Below are positions 11,893 through 25,219 of a DNA stretch of 64,000 nt, piece by piece. The DNA is taken from NCBI GenBank assembly GCA_964016885.1, contig OZ024742.1, positions 51,274,001-51,338,000 of the forward strand, written 5' to 3'. Position 1 is the stretch's first letter; every line of letters starts with the position of its first letter. Source of the stretch: Eledone cirrhosa. Its lineage: Eukaryota. Both the position numbers and the translations under genes were made by a program. Under the pieces are notes generated by a model. It saw nothing but the letters and a program-made list of their open reading frames with translations. It had not been told where the DNA came from and ran no database searches.

Positions 11893-12175
11893 TGTGAGTA
11901 TCGTTTCTCGAAATATTTACTTCTGCAGATTGATTTTTTTAGTTTCAGAAGATCACGTTAAGGGTGAAAGCAGCTATGCTTTTCTTAAACTTTAATCTGT
12001 TATTTTAATATATATGTATATATATAATTATATATTCGTGTACATATATTTTGCATACACAATGACAAAGTATAAAGAAATGTATTTACATCCCGAGGCT
12101 TGATAAGTACAAATATATATCAAATATATAAGAACCCTAGAGCAAATCCCGGGCAACGACGGGCCATTCTGCTAG
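11493..12175 (+). mobile_element. Non-autonomous Helitron
   Basis: Starts TC (TCTATATATCTAAA..TGTCTGTATGTCTGTCTG) after an A. Ends with the hairpin CCCGGGCAACGACGGG and CTAG followed by T. This gives A|T insertion with no target-site duplication. Confidence 0.8.
11945..12010 (+). repeat. Short dispersed repeat with degenerate hammerhead core (PLE terminal remnant); copies at about 14345, 48580 and 61195
   Basis: Shared GAAGATCCCGTTAAGGGTGAAAGCAGC(T/G)ATT..TTGCTTAAACTTTAATCTGTTATTTTAA, always followed by (TA)n. Confidence 0.65.
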
Positions 12176-13316
12176 TACGTTATATTTTATAACATGCTTT
12201 ATGCATTTCAATTATTCCATGTTATTCCATGATATACTGTAATTTCATTAATCTCTCCCAAATGTATGCATATATTTATTTATCTATTTGTTTGTTTATT
12301 TATTTATGTTATGCCCAAATATTCTTACTCTTATCTCTATTCGCTTCCGCCTCAATGACTGAAATTCTGAACACTCTTTATAATACCTATCCACTACTTG
12401 TCACCCGCTGATTCGATATCGCATCTCATCATTTCTTAAATATTACCTCTTTCCCTCTCAAATCACCACATAGAGGCCAACTTGGCAACTAATATATGGT
12501 CAACGCCTCACTACATATCCACCTTTATTACTGGATGTACACCACCACCATTCTTTCATTTTCCCCTCCCGCTTAACTTTCTATATCTTATATTTCCCTC
12601 TCCCACATGCTCATATATTTTCTCCTCAAAACAACCAAACCCAGACACAGAAAAAGAAAGCTGCCAAAATGAATGAGAACAGATATATGTGTTAACGCTG
12701 TACGCGAAAGATTCCGTCCTTAAGCTAACTGAAGCCTTATGGGCGTTTGATTCCAGAGATCAAACATTGAGCTGATCAACTGTAAAACATGCGTCACCCA
12801 TGAAGAAACTTATTCAAAATTTGACACCTCGTTCATATGTACTATTAATATTAGACTCAGCTTAGAACACCCCCAAAGTACAAACTTGAAACAATGCATC
12901 GAGATGCTTTGTTTGATGTTTGTATATATATTATAGTAATAAACGAAAGATATATACTTTATATCATCTCTATTTATTTCATTATATATATTTCGTAGAT
13001 GTAAAGTTTTACGTATAACATGAAGCAAAACATGTCCTCCTCACATAAAATAAATGGAAGATGTATAATTTTTTCATGATATGCTGTTAGACAATATATA
13101 TATATATATATATAGTATTAAGGATACTATTTATGGTTATGTATATACTAAAACCTTGTATAGTTATATATATATTATACCCTAAATAGAGAAAGACAGT
13201 AATTTATTACTATCTTATTACCAGTAAGATAAATAGCTCAATGTAACAACATCAGTTGTTTTACAGAGCAGTTATATAGAGATTACATGAAACAAAGTTC
13301 TGTTTAAATCATTTAT

Positions 13317-13365
13317 CTGCTTACAATTGTTTCTTCCAAACCGAGGTTTGGAGTCTTCGGAGCAA
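13317..13365 (-). ncRNA. Minimal type I hammerhead ribozyme motif, opposite-strand copy
   Basis: The reverse complement reads TTGCTCCGAAGACTCCAAACCTCGGTTTGGAAGAAACAATTGTAAGCAG. Confidence 0.7.
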
Positions 13366-13507
13366 TTATTCAGTGATTTTTAACATATTTGACCTCATTT
13401 TCAACACAAGAGACATATAGAAACATATGTGGGTCAATATATACAAATGTTTCTATATGTCTCTTGTGTTGAAAATGAGGTCAAGTATGTTAAAAATCAC
13501 GGAATAA

Positions 13508-13556
13508 TTGCTCCGAAGACTCCAAACCTCAATTTGGAAGAAACAATTGTAAGCAG
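13508..13556 (+). ncRNA. Minimal type I hammerhead ribozyme motif (U4C variant)
   Basis: TTGCT-CCGAAGA-C-TCCAAA(CCTCAA)TTTGGA-A-GAAAC-AATT-GTA-AGCAG. Stem I is TGCT/AGCA, stem II is TCCAAA/TTTGGA, the stem III loop is palindromic, and the cleavage site is GUA. Confidence 0.7.
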
Positions 13557-13849
13557 ATAAATGATTTAAACAGAACTTTGTTTCATGTAATCTCTCTCTC
13601 TATATATATATATATGCAGAGGTTATATTTAATTTGTTGGAATTCGACAAGCTCAAAAATATTTATAACTGATGTAAAGCACCCGATAGATTAGTGGAGT
13701 AAATATTCAATATATTAATAAATGAAACTATATTTATAAAACCATAATTATTTTATTATATATATTTCAAGGGCAACCAAGGCAAATTATGGTGCGCTTT
13801 CATACCCGGAAAAAAGACAACCTTGACGGTTGAAGTTCCCTGGATAGTG

Positions 13850-13881
<32 letters not shown>

Positions 13882-14400
13882 AATTTCTATTTAAGATAGA
13901 TTATATATATATTCTGTGTGTGTTTGTGTGTGTGTGTGGTATGTATATTAGCAATAATGTTCTCTCTTTGACTGCTTTTTGTAGAATATATAAATATCTT
14001 CCTGAAGAGCGGAACGTTATAGCAGCCCATAGAAAACTATTTTATAAGCAATCTCAAAAAACATAATATAACGGAAATTCCATCCTCAATATTTACAACC
14101 AATTTTAGATTAAATTACACACAAATACTCAATGATTATGTCAGCTTCAGCGTTATGTCTTTCATATATATATCATTTCATTATTCGCCCTCCTTCATGA
14201 TTTGTCTAACTGCTTTGAAATAGCAAATAGTAAATATTGAATAGAGATTTGTAGCCGTTGGATATTTGAAGACATATATAGCAACAAATAATTGTGATCT
14301 TTATATTCAAAGCCCCATCATCAATACAAATTATATGCATGCATAAGATCCCGTTAAGGGTGAAAGCAGCGATTATTTGCTTAAACTTAATGTGTTATTG

Positions 14401-14583
<183 letters not shown>

Positions 14584-14709
14584 AAAACAATGAAATAAAA
14601 AAAATCAAATCATTAGAAATAAACTTCACTGCATTACGATCATTTCTAGATGGTGATAATACATTGTATCTATACTCAACTATTGATCTATGTAAGTTTA
14701 CAAACTGTG

Positions 14710-14924
14710 AAGGCGTGTAGCTGAGTGGTTAGAGAATTGGATTCACAATGGTGAGGTTGTGAGTTCGATTCCTGGACCGGGCGATGCGTTATGTCCTTGA
14801 GCAAGACACTTTATTTCACGTTGCTCCTTCTACCTGAAGTTGCAACCGATGGATAGTACTAGCAACTGGAAAGACCAACGGAAACCTTGTTTTCTCGGTC
14901 CGATTTGACGAAAGTCGATCGATC

Positions 14925-14925
<1 letters not shown>
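14710..14925 (+). mobile_element. tRNA-derived CORE-like SINE (family B)
   Basis: A-box-like GTAGCTGAGTGG and B-box GAGTTCGATTCC, then TGTCCTTGAGCAAGACACTT, which resembles the CORE domain. Confidence 0.7.
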
Positions 14926-14962
<37 letters not shown>

Positions 14963-15050
14963 TACATACCTACTTACAAACATACATACATGCATGCATA
15001 CACACATACATACATGTATATATGTATGTATATATATATATATATACACA

Positions 15051-15222
15051 TACGGTTGTTCTTCCTGTTCCGTATAACCATTAGCAGTACGAGCTGAATA
15101 TCCGTTTATGGTGAAACAATTGTTCACGGTATGGTGAACTAACTGTTGTGTTACTACTTCTACCAAACTCGTCCCCTGGACTGAATGCTCGGACACTACG
15201 GTTATTACATTCTAGTTTCCAA
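15051..15222 (+). mobile_element. Solo PLE terminal-repeat fragment of the 25.8-28.1 kb family, with a decayed hammerhead (15090-15128)
   Basis: Matches 27991-28102 directly and the reverse complement of about 25795-25965. The core has mutated to CTGAATA. Flanked by TA repeats. Confidence 0.8.
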
Positions 15223-15380
15223 CCTCTAAATATATAAATATATATATATGGAGATAAATCTACCAAAATAAACGGTAGTCTCCAATCCGTATGAAGAATC
15301 CAAATATAGAAGATATCATGAAAAGAGAGAATGCATTCAAAATTTAACGATAAAAATCATAGGAAACAGAGTCAAGATAA

Positions 15381-15706
15381 ATTAATAAAAACAAAGAACA
15401 GGTTCCTTATCTTTAAAAAAAATCATCATTTTATGATTGTTTCTGGGATATATATGTGTATGATGGTAAGTATATCATATTAAAGATCTATGTAAAAAAA
15501 TATTACAAATTATCAGAGGAGATATACATACCTTCACTTATATGTGCCATCTTCAGAAATGATAATTTGTAATATTTGTTTACATAGATATTTAATATGA
15601 TATACATACCTACATACACATATATTTCCCAGAAACGATCGTAAAACGATGATTTTTTTTAAATATAAGGAACCTGTTCTTTGTTTTTATTTCATTGTTT
15701 TTATTA

Positions 15707-15710
<4 letters not shown>
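15381..15710. mobile_element. Degenerate fold-back mini-element with hammerhead-like halves
   Basis: Arms about 15381-15515 and 15560-15710 are inverted. The right arm has GAAAC-GATC-GTA. The loop has CTGAAGA on the minus strand. It is followed by (TA)n. Confidence 0.7.
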
Positions 15711-15752
<42 letters not shown>

Positions 15753-17456
15753 TTACTAGTATCGTATACATAAAATGACGATGTGTGAAGTAAGTTCTGG
15801 CAGAGAACTTGTTTCATTCCACGATTCCACAAACACTATTATTAAGAAGGTAAAAATATCTAATCTATCTATGAACATGCTTGCGACTTGCAAGAAAATA
15901 AACATACAATTTCAAAAGTATCAATATGCTGCCTCTTAGCCACACTATATTGTTAACAAATTTCCTTCTTCACTTGAGTTAACTTGCATGCTAGCTAGTG
16001 TAACTTTAATAAAATCATATTATTTTTTTGTCGCACTTAACACGTCCAATCACTTTCGGCTTCATAATTACACCAAAGTCTGAGGATTTCTTATTTATAT
16101 TGTTTCTGTTATTATTTAGTTGCCACAACATTTGCTTGTCTTTTAGCGTCCAACATAATACTTCAAATACACAACAATTCTTCTGACCAACACATAGGCA
16201 GTGGTCAACAGTTTCAATTTCACCTAAATGTATTTACACAATTTTGAAACATTTCTTATTTATTCGATGCTTCAAAAAATCTACCTCTACCTCGAACGTC
16301 ATATTTAATCTATTGTATACCCTCCTCCAAACAAACGTTATATATCTACATCACACAAAGCACGTTTATGTGACATACACAAGCATGGATTAAACTTAAA
16401 GTTTTCACTTTGTGATTTTTCTGTCTCTGGACTTATTCTAGAAGCAAATCAAAACCATCAATGGAGATTACATTAAACATAAAGATGATTTTTCAGATCA
16501 AGTTGAATACACAGGCGCTGATGGAGCCAAATTCTACATCCGCACCTGAACATCCCTCTGAATACTTAGAATATCTGAAAATGCATTGACGATAATCGAG
16601 ACAACAATTGCAAATTGTTACAAGCAAATACACTTGTCTCTTATATTTAAGTTCTCTACTTAAATGAAACAAAATACAGTGTTACGTTAACTAGTAACAT
16701 TCTATTTGCAAATAGATGTAATATATTATACATAGCTGATGCAAAATATCGACTTATTAACATCACACCATATTTGTTACTAACCATATGATATATAGCA
16801 TTAAGAGTAGCAAAATCAGAAGTATATGAAATAATAAAGATAAACATAAATATATCAAGGCTGCTCTCCAGTTCTGTATAGAACAAACACATGCATCAAA
16901 AGCAAATGCATCTCACCCGATATACATGTATCACTACATGAAATATTCTACGGTACTTGCTATAAATTTAATAATGTTACGAAAAGGATTGAGGATTGAG
17001 GGCACGTGTCTTATTTCAAATATTTTGATAAGCATCTTATACTCGGAGAGCAGACAATAATAAGGAAATAACATTTATTTAGTCCTTTGATTTGCTAAAA
17101 AAATTTGAAATGCGAAGTCTCTCTAATCAATGAAAACCACCTTGAAAAATTAAAGAAGAATTGAAAATATAGTCGTGGATACAATTGTTTTAAAACATTA
17201 ATATGTTCAGTGCTGTATGGATACGTTATGACACCTAAACCAATGAACAGAAAAAGAACATTAAACGTGTTTAATGATTCCTAATTGAAGCACAAAGCCA
17301 GCGAGGTTATTGGAAGCTAACTCTGAATATATTGACCCGGAACTTGACGGGTTCATTATCGTATCACACTTGAAAAGATGAAAGGTATGGTTGAGGCTCG
17401 TAGGATTTAAAATTAGAACGTGTACGGCCTGAAAAAAAAACAATGGCTATCCATTA

Positions 17457-17925
17457 TGCATAAATATCCAAACAGGCGAATATGGTATATATAGATCCAG
17501 ATGAGATCATGAAGTATATTAATATAATTATGTATTGCATCAAGAAAAATTAAACATGGCGTGAAAAGATCATGAATTTATTTGCTGTGACATATGTTTC
17601 TGTGTCTATTATAAATTATATATCTTAAACGAAAATCTCATTACTGAATTCTACCACGTAGTGAATAGTTGAATTCCACTACTACAGGCTTTCTAGTGAA
17701 GTGTAATAAATATTTAAGTATTGAATGTGATTGAATAATATATATTGTAGTCAGCATATGTAGAAAATTTACAATAGACACAGAAACACATGTCAAAACA
17801 AATAAATTCATAATCTCTTCACACCGACGTTTTATATTTCTTGGTACAATACTTGCTTATATTAATATACTCCGTGATCTTTTCTTGACCTATATATGAT
17901 ATTCACCTGCTTGGAAATTTATGCG
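17457..17925. mobile_element. Older fold-back mini-element (about 165-bp diverged inverted arms)
   Basis: TGAATTTATTTGCTGTGACATATGTTTCTGTGTCTATT pairs with AATAGACACAGAAACACATGTCAAAACAAATAAATTCA. GAAAC-N4-GTC occurs on both strands. Confidence 0.7.
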
Positions 17926-20733
17926 ATATGATTCAATGGACACCGTCAATTCAAACTCTCTGGTAAGCGGCTTACTTGTTTCAACACATTCATTCCTGAT
18001 ATACATAAACAGAACCTTATCTACCTTCATATATATATATATTACCTAGACATTAATTGCTAGTTCTAACAGGTCAAATTGTGTTTGAATACGTATTAGA
18101 ATTATGCATTTTCCACACCCTATTCATTAGTAGTGTTTAAAATATATAACTAATCATGGAGTCAAGTGACACATACTCCCAATTTTGGAGTGTTTACACT
18201 CGTTATAATAATCCTATGTGACATTTGGAGTAAGTTGTCTTTACTGCTGTATATAGCGGATTATGTGTGATATTACAGACTGTTACTCTTAACTCGACAG
18301 GCTTACAAAGGCTGTTTACGCTGATGCAGGTAATATTCCACTCCTGCATGCCAACGATAGAAATGTAACCCCCCCAAGAAAAAAATCCACTGAACTGATC
18401 ATCTTGTAATACCTGGCTAAATTCATGGTTTAAATCAATATTGGCGCTGATTAGATAACAATGATATTTAAATGTGTTTACCTGAGAGTGTCCAGTGACA
18501 AGCTAGCGCAGTAGTATACATGATATTTGGGGAGAAGTAGAAAATTAAGAATGAAAACTCATGTCAGAGGATCAGGAATTGCAGTTAGTTTAGTAGCTTT
18601 ATACTAGTCAAGTGTTCAGTGGTATTTAGTCAAGGTTATTTGTGTGAGTTGCCGTAGTTCGCACGCAGATATTAAAAGAATAGTCGGTTGCGAGTTTCAC
18701 ATGAATTTCATAATGGGTTAATAGTCGATGGTAATTACTACGTTTGACATAGGAGTTGTGGAATTATATAGTTAAAAAGAATCTTATTTCTATGAAAGCT
18801 GAACTAACTTAGATATAAGCAAAAGTTTGTGGGCAAAGATTAAAGTTGAGCAACTGTATTATTTTTGTTTAAAACAATTGCAATGTTTAATAACTGACAT
18901 GATGAATATATTCAACAATATTTCTATATTGTGTGCATTTTTGATACATTAGATATGTGTTATAGAGTATATATAATCTGGTAATATAGTTAGAGTAGGT
19001 TATATACCAAATTAAAAAGAAGCATTGTTGTTCACCATTAGTAGTTTTCAATTTAAAGTATTTACTGTAGTATGTTAACATTTTCCCACGTATAATGTGT
19101 ACAATATTATTAATGAAATTAACTCTAATACATTATCTTTTTTTATTATTCTCAATATACTCTTTAGTCGCGAACAAGATGAAACATTTTCACAACTTCA
19201 ATAATTCTATCAATACTTAATACACAATGTAGCCTCGTTTTCTAATTTTCTCTTAGTTCTCATATGTTTAACATTAAAAATGTTGTCCTGATACTTTGGA
19301 GGTTAATCAAATTATATTCGTCTTGTAATTATATATACATTTGAGGTGAGTAGATGTTAATACACTTAAGTGTGTTCGTTAAATGAAATTGTTTGATACA
19401 AAAGGGAATTATAAGTGCAAATGATAGAGGGACAACATCTTGGATCAACTTCATGATACATGTAAGTTGATAACAACGAATAAAATAATCGGAGCTGGAA
19501 TCTAGTAAAAATTTTGATTAGAAATATAATACCAACACATTTCAAAACTATTAGAATATACAAATATAACGAACGTTTTAAATTACTATTCATCGATGCT
19601 CATATCCTAAATATAAGTATACATTATATTAGATTATTATACTTAAACACACTAAATATTAATAGATTTACAGGAATATTAGATTAGTTATCATATACAA
19701 TCACCTCTAGTGGGTGTTATACTCAGTGATACATGGCACTGCAATTACTAATATAAATAGAGATTCTTTTGGCATATTTTCAATAGAAATACCTAAGCTA
19801 ATATTGAAAAAAGTTATCCTTGTTTGACCAATTCAAATTGAAATTATTTGTCTTATCACATCTATAGACACCGTCTCTTTGATTTAACTTGATACACACA
19901 AATACAAATCTACTCACATGTGTGACACTCAACTCCCCACCCGAATATATTTAATATTTATTTAACCGTGCGCACATACACTCGAACTTCTATGCCCCTA
20001 GGCACTATCATTCCTGCTAAGTCTGCTGTCACACACGCGCGTGTAAATTCCCTACTAAGGTTGATATGGCTCTGTTACGGTCAGAAATATACGCACTTAA
20101 AGCCTTGTACATACAAAAAAACAAAGACGCACACACCTTTACACACACACACGCACGCACACGCACACGCACAAATACACACACACATATACATATATAT
20201 ACACACACATATATATATAAATATATAAATATAAATCAGCGAGATTCGTATTTCGGCTATTGGAAATTAGCGAAAAACAACTTCCGAGATGTGTGGCAAG
20301 CGCTCCATAGAAACTAGTGAACTAGAGCAACAACATAAGTTAAAAGGCCAAACACACTGAGACGATGGTTAAACCATTCTCCGCACAGCCATAGAAACGA
20401 CCAAGTAATTTGGGTCAAACAAATAAAATATGATTGAAAATTATACCCGTCCCCTGGAAAGTTGGTAATATCCAGTATTGGGTTTCTGCAACTCCTAAAT
20501 CAAGTACTGTCTGCTTAGACAAATAATGTTAAGCTTTTGGTATGATGATCGAACAAGGAAGTCACTTTTTCAACAGGCTTTTAGTTCAATGCTAAGCCAA
20601 GGACTGACCGTCATCAAAACCCACGTGCGGCTTGACAAGGGGGACAACCCTTAGTTTTGGCGGATGAATTCAGTATGTGTGTTATTGCAAAATTGCAAAA
20701 TATCACAAAACGAATTAAGCTCTCACAGAATGG

Positions 20734-20765
<32 letters not shown>

Positions 20766-20770
<5 letters not shown>

Positions 20771-20825
20771 AACCAGTAAGACCCCGACAGCTGAGCTCAG
20801 CTGTCGGGGTCTTACTGGTTCCTAT
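20766..20825. repeat. Perfect 60-bp palindrome
   Basis: ATAGGAACCAGTAAGACCCCGACAGCTGAG|CTCAGCTGTCGGGGTCTTACTGGTTCCTAT, immediately after (TA)n. Confidence 0.95.
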
Positions 20826-20901
20826 TACCCACTCTACTACCTCAAGTATTGAGTACTTTGGTGCGTTATGGTCCACCTGGTTCCTTACCACATTTCCTTC
20901 G

Positions 20902-20958
<57 letters not shown>

Positions 20959-20996
20959 TGTATGTATGTATGTATGTATGTATGTATGTATGTATG

Positions 20997-21605
20997 TCAG
21001 GTCACCAGTTGGTGCTACTGGTAACATGTATTCCAGTACAACCTGACTCATGGTCGGGTCGTTGGCGACTAAACTGGTAACCCCACCAAGGTTTCTTGGT
21101 GAGGAGGGTGACTTTGGACATCCTGCAGGAATAAAAACAAAACCTGTCAAAGGGCAAAGGAGCTCTTAAGAGTCAATGGCCATCCAAAATCACCGGGAGA
21201 GATAACCCCTTAGCCTTTGTCAAGGCAGAATTCTAGGAGAAGGAACACTCTGATATAACACCTGCAACTCTGATGGTATCCAATGATGTTGACTTGTTCT
21301 TCTTTTTGGTAAATATCATCTTGGTTAAGAGAGTGGGACTGGCTTTATGCAGTGCCTTTGCTCACTATTTAAGCTTCACGGCACAGGCATTGCTTTCTAT
21401 CTGGAGATCTCTCTGCACTTGTTGTCACATGGTATCTTGGGCCCAGCACTATGTGTCAATAATTGTCACAAGTGTACTGTTTGTACCAGAGTTTTCAAGT
21501 CGCTGGCTGGACTAAAAAGTCACACTCGTTCAGCGCATCGGTAGGGGTTCTCCTACATGGATATAAAGTAGTGGCTGTACTCGAAAACGAGTTGGCAGCC
21601 ACCAT
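20997..21605 (+). mobile_element. Short RTE-LINE-derived element (5'-like plus 3'-terminal segments) within (TATG)n
   Basis: Flanked on both sides by (TATG)n. The 3' part encodes CTVCTRVFKSLAGLKSHTRSAHR*, a C2H2-like C-terminus typical of RTE/BovB ORFs. Confidence 0.5.
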
Positions 21606-22818
21606 GTATGTATGTATGTATGTATATATATATATATCAAAATGAAAATCCGAAGGCAAGGTCAAATTCCAATCATTTAATCACGACACATGTTTCAATA
21701 AGAGATAGATCGATTGTGAAGCCATGATCGATTATCATTGATCTCATGATTTGAAAATGAATTGTCTTCAAATTCTTGATATGAGGGAGAAAAAATAACG
21801 ATGTCCTCTCACAAAATGTATTCCCTCATATATATATGGAATTGTTTATATTTGTCAAAAGTACATTGAATATTTTTTTAATGATAACAGGATTGTTGGC
21901 TTACATTCTTTCATCTATTGACCTTTCGTGACTTTTACTGCGTTGTCCAAATAAATTGCATTACCGTTTTTAATGAACTGCAGGATAGAATATTGCGTAA
22001 CTTACAGTTTTCCGCATTATACAGCGAAATGTCAGGTATCTAACCACTATCTACATTGTTGAGGCGTATGTACATTTTATATATGTAGGCGTGTATGTGT
22101 GTTTGTTTTACACAATGACAAATTTAGAAAAATATACTGAGGTTAAAAATTAACGAATAGTGTTGAGGTTGTTTCATAGATCGAAGATATTGATGTGTAG
22201 ACTACACGTTGGTAGGCAGGCAACAAACTCCCATCAGTTTTATAATGGCAAATTATAAAATTGTATTTTTTAAACAATCTTTGCTCCCCGAACTAAATTG
22301 TCTAACCACGTACAGTAAGTTGTTAATTAAATTAATATTTGTCGGTTAACAGAATCGTCCGACATATGGTTTGTACAGAAGTGAGAATCTCTTCAAATAA
22401 GCCCATCTAGCAAGACACTCGACACGAATTATATTTCAATTAAATCGATGATAAATGAAGCAACATCGCAGTGTGAAACAAGTTCACTCTGTGATATTAT
22501 ACCTTGTAAAATTAGATGTTTATACACATTTCAACCTCAGAATAGACAATGAAATTGTATTTCTCTTGCCGTTGAAGAAAGGCTTTTAAATTATCGTTGG
22601 AATTGTATTTAGATATATAAATATAGATACATATATATATTTATGTGTATGGGGTGTGGGTGTATGTGTGTGTCTGTGTGTATATGTGAGTACCTAGTTC
22701 AACTAGGGGTAACCACAGTTAATATTGTACTCAGACCATTAGTAGAGCGTAAACATCCTGCTTAATAAAAACATGGCTTCTACAGGACTAAAACTTTTTC
22801 ATTTGAAATATATATATA

Positions 22819-22909
<91 letters not shown>

Positions 22910-23399
22910 ATACTTGAGGTGGGTCATATTTGTGTAATATTGCCAGAATTAATAACAGAACACACTCACTGTATGGTTGGTTTTCGCTTCTCGCTTCTGC
23001 GTCTTTTATATCGGTAATCTAACTTACTCGGTCCTCAATGTTGCCATTGACTGACCGACGGTCAGAAGTAATACATATACAATATAGACACAAACACATA
23101 TATATAGTTTATCATAAATCTTTCGTTGCACATCTGCAACATCGTCAGTGGTGCTATATTTTCCTCCTGTTGTATTGTATGTCTACGCCATTTTTATTCA
23201 GTCTGTCTATATATTTATTCATTTATTTGCTTGTTTGTTTATTTTATTTTGTCTTCTTTGCGCATGCGTTTGCGTGTGTGTATAGTGCTTTGTGTGCTGT
23301 GTGATGGGTGACTAGTGTGTGTTTATGTGCTTGTTGTTATTGTGCTTGTGTATGTATTTATTTATTTATTTATGTATTTATTTTATTTTATTTACTTAT

Positions 23400-24680
23400 T
23401 TATACTTCTCTTAGGTCAGTGTTGTTTGTTTGGGTGTTGTTGTTATTCCACTCATTCTTTCTGTTTAGCCTTGGTCTTCTAATTTCTATTTCATTGGCCT
23501 CTCTGATTTGCCTATCTGCTGGGTCATTTCTATGTTTAGATATTATTCTAATTTCTATGTTGTCTATGTTACCGTCATGTTGTTGTCTAGCATGTTCGTA
23601 TAGTACTGACCCGTTTTTTCGTCCTTTTAGTTCCCCCCAGTGTTGGTCTATCCTTTTACCTATGTTACGAGCTGTCTCACCTATGTATGTTGTTGTCATG
23701 TTTCTGCAAGTACCCTCTGTACATCTTATGCTATAGAATACGTTTCTAGTTTTACAGTTTATCCGGAGGTTCACCTTACATATGATACATTTCCTATTGG
23801 TACAGTGGGTTTTCTTAAAAGGGTAGGTTTTGCTGATCACGGATTTTATGGTGGTTCCTGGCTTTTCTACCACCTTTATTTTCAAGTGGGTCTTTCTCAG
23901 GGCCTTTCTACACTGGTTAGCTAATTTCCCTCCAGGCGTAGCGTCCACAAACATGACACTCTGGTATCTCTGGTTGTCGTACCATGAGGTGGCTTTCCCT
24001 ATCTTATGTCTAGCCCTATCTAAGCTATTCCATGATTTTCTCCTGTATAATGGGCAAATTCCTTTCATGTCCAGTTCTATGAGGGTCTTATACTCTGACT
24101 CTGTCTCTTTGGTTGTAGCCAGAGAACTGCATGCGGTTGATGAAGTGTTGGATGTGTCTTTCCATTTCTGTTGGGTCGCACATGCGGGACACATTCTTCA
24201 TCACTCGTACCAAATCTGCGATCAGAATATTAAACTTAGCACTACTGGACATTGCTGAGTTTTTGAGGCCATGGCTTTAGTATAGTATGAGTGGAGAATT
24301 TGGGCTCTCTCGTCTATAGTGTTAATCCAGAGTTCTGTGTCTAATACAGGTAGTCTATTGTTAGGGTGTTTGGAAGGGAAGTCGATAGTTACAGTTATAC
24401 TCTGGTGTATGGAATTAGCTATCTGCTGGATGCTTTCCATCGTGCTACGTTCTAAATCAAACTTGTTAGTGCTCTCTAGTGGGGGTATTCTTATAACTAT
24501 ATTGATATCGTCTACATAACGAGAGTACATGATGAGGTCTATGGAGCTCTCATTAAGGAGATCTTTAAGTCTCCTTTCCCACCATACCATGAAAAGGTTG
24601 GCAACATCACCAGCTTTGCTGAAGCCGATGGCTGCTCCCTCATTTTGGGTGTAGATCTTCTCGTTGAACTTAAATAGGTG
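23400..24680 (-). pseudogene. PLE RT-GIY-YIG ORF remnant
   Basis: ORF-track pieces 24222-24590 (YVDD) and 23400-24194 (GIY-YIG). Confidence 0.85.
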
Positions 24681-24733
24681 GCCCTGGAGGGAAATTAGCT
24701 AACCAGTGTAGAAAGGCCCTGAGAAAGACCCAC

Positions 24734-25219
24734 TTGAAAATAAAGGTGGTAGAAAAGCCAGGAACCACCATAAAATCCCTGATCAGCAAAACCTACCCTT
24801 TTAAGAAAACCCACTGTACCAATAGGAAATGTATCATATGTAAGGTGAACCTCCGGATAAACTGTAAAACTAGAAACGTATTCTATAGCATAAGATGTAC
24901 AGAGGGTACTTGCAGAAACATGACAACAACATACATAGGTGAGACAGCTTGTAGCATAGGTGAAAGGATAGACCAACACTGGGGGGAACTAAAAGGACGA
25001 AAAAACGGGTCAGTACTATACGAACATGCTAGACAACAACATGACGGTAACATAGACAACATAGAAATTAGAATAATATCTAAACATAGAAATGACCCAG
25101 CAGATAGGCAAATCAGAGAGGCCAGTGAAATAGAAATTAGAAGACCAAGGCGAAACAGAAACAATGAATGGAATAACAACAACACCCAAACAAACAACAC
25201 TGACCTAAGAGAAGTATAA
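24734..25219 (+). pseudogene. Inverted duplicate of the PLE GIY-YIG endonuclease domain
   Basis: 161-aa open frame nearly identical to the C-terminus of ORF 23400-24194. Confidence 0.85.

Larger units (their letters stand above)
13278..13595. mobile_element. Fold-back mini-element (about 153-bp inverted arms, 12-bp loop) with hammerhead motif in each arm
   Basis: 13278-13430 is nearly the reverse complement of 13443-13595. It has TA-rich flanks. Confidence 0.85.

Noticed and set aside
14710-14785. tRNA gene
   Set aside because: A/B boxes are present but there is no clean cloverleaf, and it continues into a SINE body.
21680-21780. Hammerhead half (GAAACATGTGTC on the minus strand)
   Set aside because: No intact 5' core or stem I found.
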